A stretch of 64,000 nucleotides of DNA. Source: Octopus sinensis (lineage: Eukaryota). A program made the translations under genes and the position numbers. The stretch covers positions 54,064,001 to 54,128,000 of the forward strand of contig NC_043002.1 in NCBI RefSeq assembly GCF_006345805.1. Reading direction: 5' to 3'. This document shows, piece after piece, positions 58,410 to 64,000 of this stretch. A model generated the notes under the pieces. It saw only the letters and a list, made by a program, of their open reading frames with translations. It ran no database searches and was not told where the DNA came from. Position 1 is the first letter of the stretch; each line of letters begins with the position of its first letter.

Positions 58410-58683
58410 TGAATGTTTGTCCTTATCTAAAGTTATATATTAAAGCTGCTTAACGTTAAATTGAAAGATCGTTTAATACTTTTCATGTATGTATATTCAT
58501 TTTTAAAAAGGATATATTTTTGGCAGTGACTTCGACGTTTCAGTGAACAGCCTTTATCACACACGTTTATATATGGATATGTATATATTTGTATGTATAT
58601 ATGTATATACTTATGTATGTATGGTTATGTGTGTGTATGTATACTCACACGCACACACACATACGCATGCATACACACACATA

Positions 58684-58923
58684 TACTTTTACTTGTTTCA
58701 GTCATTTGAGTGTGGCCGTGCAGGAGTACCGTTTTTAGCCGAACAAACTGACCCCAAGACTTATTCTTTATAAGCCTAGGATTTATTCTATCGGTGTCTT
58801 TTGCCGAAACGCTAGATTACGAAGACGTAAACACACCTACATCGGTTGTCAAGCAATGGTGGGGGGACAAACACAGACACACAAATACATACATACACAC
58901 AAATATATGTGTTTGTGTGCGAG

Positions 58924-58981
<58 letters not shown>

Positions 58982-59127
58982 TATGTGTGTATACGACGGG
59001 TTTTTTTACTTTCTATGTACCAAATCCACTCACAAGGCTTTGATTGGCCCGAGTCTAAAATAGAAGACACTTGCCCAAGGTACCATGCAGTGGGACTGAA
59101 CCCGGAACCATTTGGTTGGGGAGCAAG
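58684..59127 (-). mobile_element. SINE family B
   Basis: As above; internal (TG)n. Confidence 0.85.
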
Positions 59128-59149
59128 CTTATATATATCGACGTTCCCA

Positions 59150-59460
59150 CCAGGCTAGGCTCTACATTGGCAGTGCTGTTGATATCGAATACCACTACCG
59201 GCTCACATGAATTCGTTCTCAAATGAAGCTTCTATGCTTCCTACTCCTCTAGCTAAATACATACATCACTTCAAATCCCAAAATATCCCCTATATCTTAT
59301 CCTGGTCCATAGCTTGTGGAGCTTCTCAGCACAATACCAACCACTGTGTTTGTAAGATGTGTCGCTATCCTTCGCCATCATATCTCCTCATTACTCAATA
59401 GATCGTCTGAAGTAATCTTCTCATCTAAGTACAAATTCTATTCCACATTTGCCCACTACA
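59150..59460 (+). mobile_element. Degraded Penelope-like (Neptune-type) GIY-YIG endonuclease fragment
   Basis: Broken-frame translation gives LYIGS..., PTPLAKYIHHFKSQNIPYILSWSI...HCVCKMC and HISSLLNRSSEVI, matching the LSKYIW.LK...Y.I.WSI...C.LC...LLN.RSE pattern of PLE endonucleases. Confidence 0.7.
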
Positions 59461-59609
59461 TAAAGTTTGCATGATTTCTCTTAATTATAGTTAAGCCATT
59501 GCTTACTACTTAACTATGTTTGCAGCATATTCTTCTCCTTTCTCTTTTTGGGGTCGATGTAATCCCCGAAATTGCTAGTCTTGTGTCAACATTTGAAACC
59601 ATATAAATG

Positions 59610-59692
<83 letters not shown>

Positions 59693-61774
59693 GCGTGTGT
59701 GTGTTCTGGTACTGTATATGTACTTCGTGCGTGGTACTTATTATCATCCTTTTGAATTAGGCCTACGATCAAAAACATTCCAGCTGTGACCATGCCGTTT
59801 TTTTTTTTAGGAATAAAGTACCCTGAGATACAGTTTTCAATTTTTCCTTGTAGTTTTTACCTCTAGTATTGCATAAATGTCTCCTCTTAGCTAAATGCAA
59901 TGCAGAATCATTACATTTGGCAGCGTGTACATACATGTATCTTTTCAAACCTCCAATAGAAAGAAAACATTCCATGATTTACAAATATATGTCACGTTCA
60001 GCTGGTGAAAATTTAATATTGGTTAGCTTTGGCTTATATATCTTGCATAGACATATAGACAAAAACGGTGCCAGTTGAACATTTGAAGTATTGATATCTA
60101 TGCAGGTTTCCTTTCCTTGCATCTTTTCTTAATGCGCTACCTATTACAACTATTTCTCAAATTTCCACATGAATAATTGTATTTTTGAGATCAGATTTAA
60201 GGCAGCACTTGTATCCTAATTGCAGTTTGCAAGGAGATATTCTCCATAGAGTAGATGCTTCAGCATTCTTCATCTTCCATACGAGCTACATAGCCTCAGT
60301 CTAACATCACAAAAGAACATATACGCTTGCGGCATTTTCTAACTCAAAGACTTCAACATTACTCAACATCGATTCTCCAGGATATATGCAAAATGCTTCG
60401 AAGATACTCTTATGGTAAATGCTCTAACTGTTTAATATATTTTTGGTATAATATACATACACTAACAGCAATTTTCATTTTACTCCAGCTTTTTTATCGA
60501 CACCTAAAAAATAATCACATAAATTCACAATCTTTAGGATGAATTGCTTTAAAAAGTGCTGACAATTTTCAGTAGGTTCGCTTCATAACCACGTTCTCAT
60601 GCGTGACAGATTGGGCAAAAGGATCTTCTATTATAGCCTCAGATCAACAAAAGCCTTGTGAGTGGATTTGATAAACGGAAACTGTCAGAAGCACGTCCGT
60701 GAACACATGTATGTGTGTGTGAGAGAGAGAGAGATAGACAGACAGAGAGAAAGACAGACAGACAGACGACAGACAGACAGACACAGTGACAGTGACAGAG
60801 ATAGGGAGCATATATGTATGTACGACTGTGTACATGTGTTCCACCCCGTCTTCCCGTATGCCTGCTGCTTCTAATCAATGACCTAAGCAAGCGGTGTCGA
60901 TTGATTGCAGACAACAGTGGGAACATGCCTGGGTTGTTTGTTATTTCACAAACTGAAAAACTATTGCCTCATTCCGAGAAAGGTAGAGTTAGGTTTGGCG
61001 TCAGAAAAGGCATTCAGCTTTAGAAAACTCTGCTGCAATTTACTCTCGCCTGAGCAATGCAATCATGTAAAAGTAAAAGCCAAAAAAGATGATGATAATG
61101 ATGACGACGACGACGATAATGAATCCGGAACCATGTGGTTTGGAAGTAAACTGTCTACTACACAGCCACGCCAGTACAAATTAACAAAATTACTCTAAGT
61201 AAATTATTTTTCAAATCAGTAGCATGTTCTAATACCTGTAGCAGCGGTTAGATATATACAATATTTGGGAGGGAAAATAGCTTTGTAACCAAAACAACTA
61301 AAACAGAGTCAAGACTATTGAAAAGGTTGCAAGACGCAACGAAAATTTTAGGAAAATAAAAATAAGAAATAAATGGAAGTTTTACCGGTGAGTGTGTTAA
61401 ATTATAAGGCACAAAAAGAAAATGATTCTCCCCAGACACAACAGAATATGCTTCAACACACGAACTCACATAAAGAATGTTGCAAACCAAATCCAAAAAC
61501 GAAATAAAACAACAAATATTCAGGAAAATGAGACAGAACCATCTCTTTGAAACGATGTGCACTCGAGTAAAATTTCAACTACCAAGCAACAAAATCGTGT
61601 CCCACGTCTACGTACATACATAATCTCACTTATAATGAAGACTAACGGGCGGAAACGTCGAGGTCACTCTCACAACTCTACTCTATAAAAAGTAGTGAGT
61701 AATCCTTCAGTTTAATCAGTGTGTATATGTGTATACATGCATATAAATATATGTGAATATATCGCCATGTTGAT

Positions 61775-61970
61775 TCGCTAGCTTCTGCACGCATTTTTTT
61801 CTCTCCTTGTTTCTCTCTGTGTTTCTTTTCTGTGTATCTTTCTGTTGAAGAGCGTAGGCTCGAAACGTAAAAGACTTGTTTTATTTATATTCCTGAGCGC
61901 CATACTAATACAATTGTTTGTTTGTAGTCCACCTGCCTTCGTCTTTTGTTTATTTTCATAAAGCTTCCCG
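61775..61970 (+). mobile_element. ~190-bp non-autonomous hammerhead-bearing repeat, copy 2
   Basis: Shares TTTCTG..GAAGAGCGTAGGCTCGAAACGTAAAAGAC, TTCCTGAGCGC and CCTGCCTTCGTCTTTTGTTTATTTTC with the reverse complement of 34328-34514; ends in (TA)n. Confidence 0.8.
61837..61875 (+). ncRNA. Minimal type I hammerhead-like motif with CUGUUGA core
   Basis: UCUUU | CUGUUGA | A-GAGC-GUAG-GCUC | GAA | ACGU | A | AAAGAC; same family as 34418-34456. Confidence 0.6.
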
Positions 61971-61989
61971 TATATATATATATATATAT

Positions 61990-62038
<49 letters not shown>

Positions 62039-62146
62039 TATACACTACACACATATATACATAATGCATACATACGTATGTACATACGTTCGTACATGCA
62101 GACATATATATTTCTATATCTATATGCATGTATATGTGTATAGAGT

Positions 62147-62241
<95 letters not shown>

Positions 62242-63225
62242 TGTCCCTCGGATATTTCTTTACATAATAACCACTGGAAAAGCATTATGCATAGATGGTT
62301 TCTCTGCAAAGCATGCCAAACAAGATGAAAAGGAAAATAGTGTTCGCATTTGTAGTTATATATGTTGCATATAAATTATCATTATCATCAGCACCACTGT
62401 CATCATTATCATCATCATCATTATTATTATTTCTACTACTACTGTTGATGATATTGCTATTATTCTTATTCTTCTTGTTATCCACTACAGCTCTTCTTGC
62501 AATTATTTTTCATTTATGTATTATAGATAGGTAGGTAGATAGTTATAGATGCTTAATAATGTATGTATATGTGTGTGTGTGTGTGTGTGTGGTGTGGTGT
62601 GGTATGTATGTATGCATGTATGCATGCATGCATGCATACTTACATTTTCTATTTCTTTATAAAGTGCTTTAAGTAGATACAAGGCGAGCCTGAAAACAAA
62701 CACCAAAACGAAGGCAGGCTTTCATGTTGGCTTTATACTTCTGTATGAAAGCACAATTTGGAAGAAAATGTAAACACATCTTTACCGCTCGGTCCTGTTT
62801 TTCCCATCGCTAAGACGAAATAAAAAAAAATATTCAGTTGTTGAGTGTGCTTACGTGTGTATATATGCGCATGCACGCTCATATAAATGCATGTACTGTG
62901 CGTTTTTATTTGTGAAAGAGAGACGTGTGTATAATATGTATGTAGATGTTTGTATGTATGTATATATATATAATTGTGCTTCATGCACACTTATGTTGCA
63001 AATTTAAGGATTACGTTATAATTGTATGCTGGAAGATAGATGCGATTATTTCTTGTTTACTCACCTGCATCTGTTTTTGTACGATTGGGTTAAAAGAGGA
63101 CAAAATTAGTATTTTAGTCACACTGATGTGTACAGTTTTATTGTACACAACAGATAAGATAATCTCGATTTTAACACAAATACATATATATAACTATATA
63201 TATATATATATATATATATAGTATA

Positions 63226-63277
<52 letters not shown>

Positions 63278-63282
63278 AATAA

Positions 63283-63458
63283 CCACCTTTTATCAATTCA
63301 AAATGAACAATTAAATTCAACCATCTAGAAATTGCATATACAGAAATATTAAATTAAATAACCAATAAAATACCGATGATTAAGTATTAATATTTCTATT
63401 ATATGTAATTTTCTAGATGGTGTAATTTAATTGTTCATTTTGAATTGATAAAAGGTGG
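63283..63458. repeat. ~70-bp imperfect inverted repeat, same family as 26710-27119
   Basis: CCACCTTTTATCAATTCAAAATGAACAATTAAATT... / ...AATTTAATTGTTCATTTTGAATTGATAAAAGGTGG. Confidence 0.9.
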
Positions 63459-63785
63459 GGCTTTTTTCTAATTTTTATATATATATATTATATTGCGAGA
63501 AATTTGGTTTAGTACTTCTAAATTGATTTTTTTTCCCTGTAAATTAGGATTAATATTCCCTCAAATAATTATTATTATATATATACTTTTCATACACATA
63601 TATTATATATAATGTATGTGGATATCTAGATATATAATGTATCTGTGTAAATATGTATATATGTGTATGTGTACATGCATAAATCCATACATGTGTGCAT
63701 ACATATGTATCTTTCCTTTACCGTTTACTTGTTTCAGATATTAAACTTCTTTCGGCTGTATGGTAAGAAGTTTGCTTCCCAACCA

Positions 63786-64000
63786 CTGATCCTTTACTTG
63801 CTCCCAGACAAAAACGTCTGGCGGTGTTGAATCAGGTGATCTTGGTGACCAGAGTCCCTTCGAAATAATCCGTTCACCGAAAGACTCTTGAAGTAGCGCC
63901 ATGGTGATGCGCGAAGTATGTGCCGCAGCTCCATCTTGCTGAAAGTATGCATAATTAATTTCACTTCCAGTGAGTTGGGCTACAAATGGATAGACAATAT
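63786..64000 (-). mobile_element. Tc1/mariner catalytic-domain fragment (rosa-like motifs), runs off the window end
   Basis: Open frame from 63998: IVYPFVAQLTGSEINYAYFQQDGAAAHTSRITMALLQESFGERIISKGLWSPRSPDSTPPDVFVWEQVKD, fused to SINE sequence at ~63786. Confidence 0.85.

Noticed and set aside
58517-58552. GAAACGUCGAAGUCAC on the minus strand (related motif at ~61645-61660 on the plus strand)
   Set aside because: 5' cores are degenerate (GUGAUAA, AUAAUGA) and stems do not pair; at most fossil remnants.

Overview
AT-rich, repeat-dense eukaryotic DNA with no host protein-coding gene that I can support; almost all listed ORFs are translations of microsatellites. The SINE families and TA/GATA/CATA microsatellite load suggest a coleoid cephalopod (Octopus-like), which is inference from recognition, not a database result. 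Recognisable coding remnants are all transposon-derived: a 5'-truncated Penelope-like element (RT plus GIY-YIG, one nonsense codon), a second Penelope GIY-YIG fragment, two R4/Dong-like restriction-like endonuclease fragments, a near full-length dead mariner and two other Tc1/mariner fragments. There are at least three tRNA-headed SINE families, several MITE/fold-back hairpins and a 100-N gap. The main hidden signal is about a dozen sequence-diverse minimal type I hammerhead ribozyme (HHR) motifs on both strands, most with palindromic stem III and embedded between (TA)n tracts. One lies in the 3' UTR of the Penelope element, three cluster around the gap, and a ~190-bp two-copy family carries a shared non-canonical core (CUGU-N-GA). 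All folding was done by eye and cleavage is untested.
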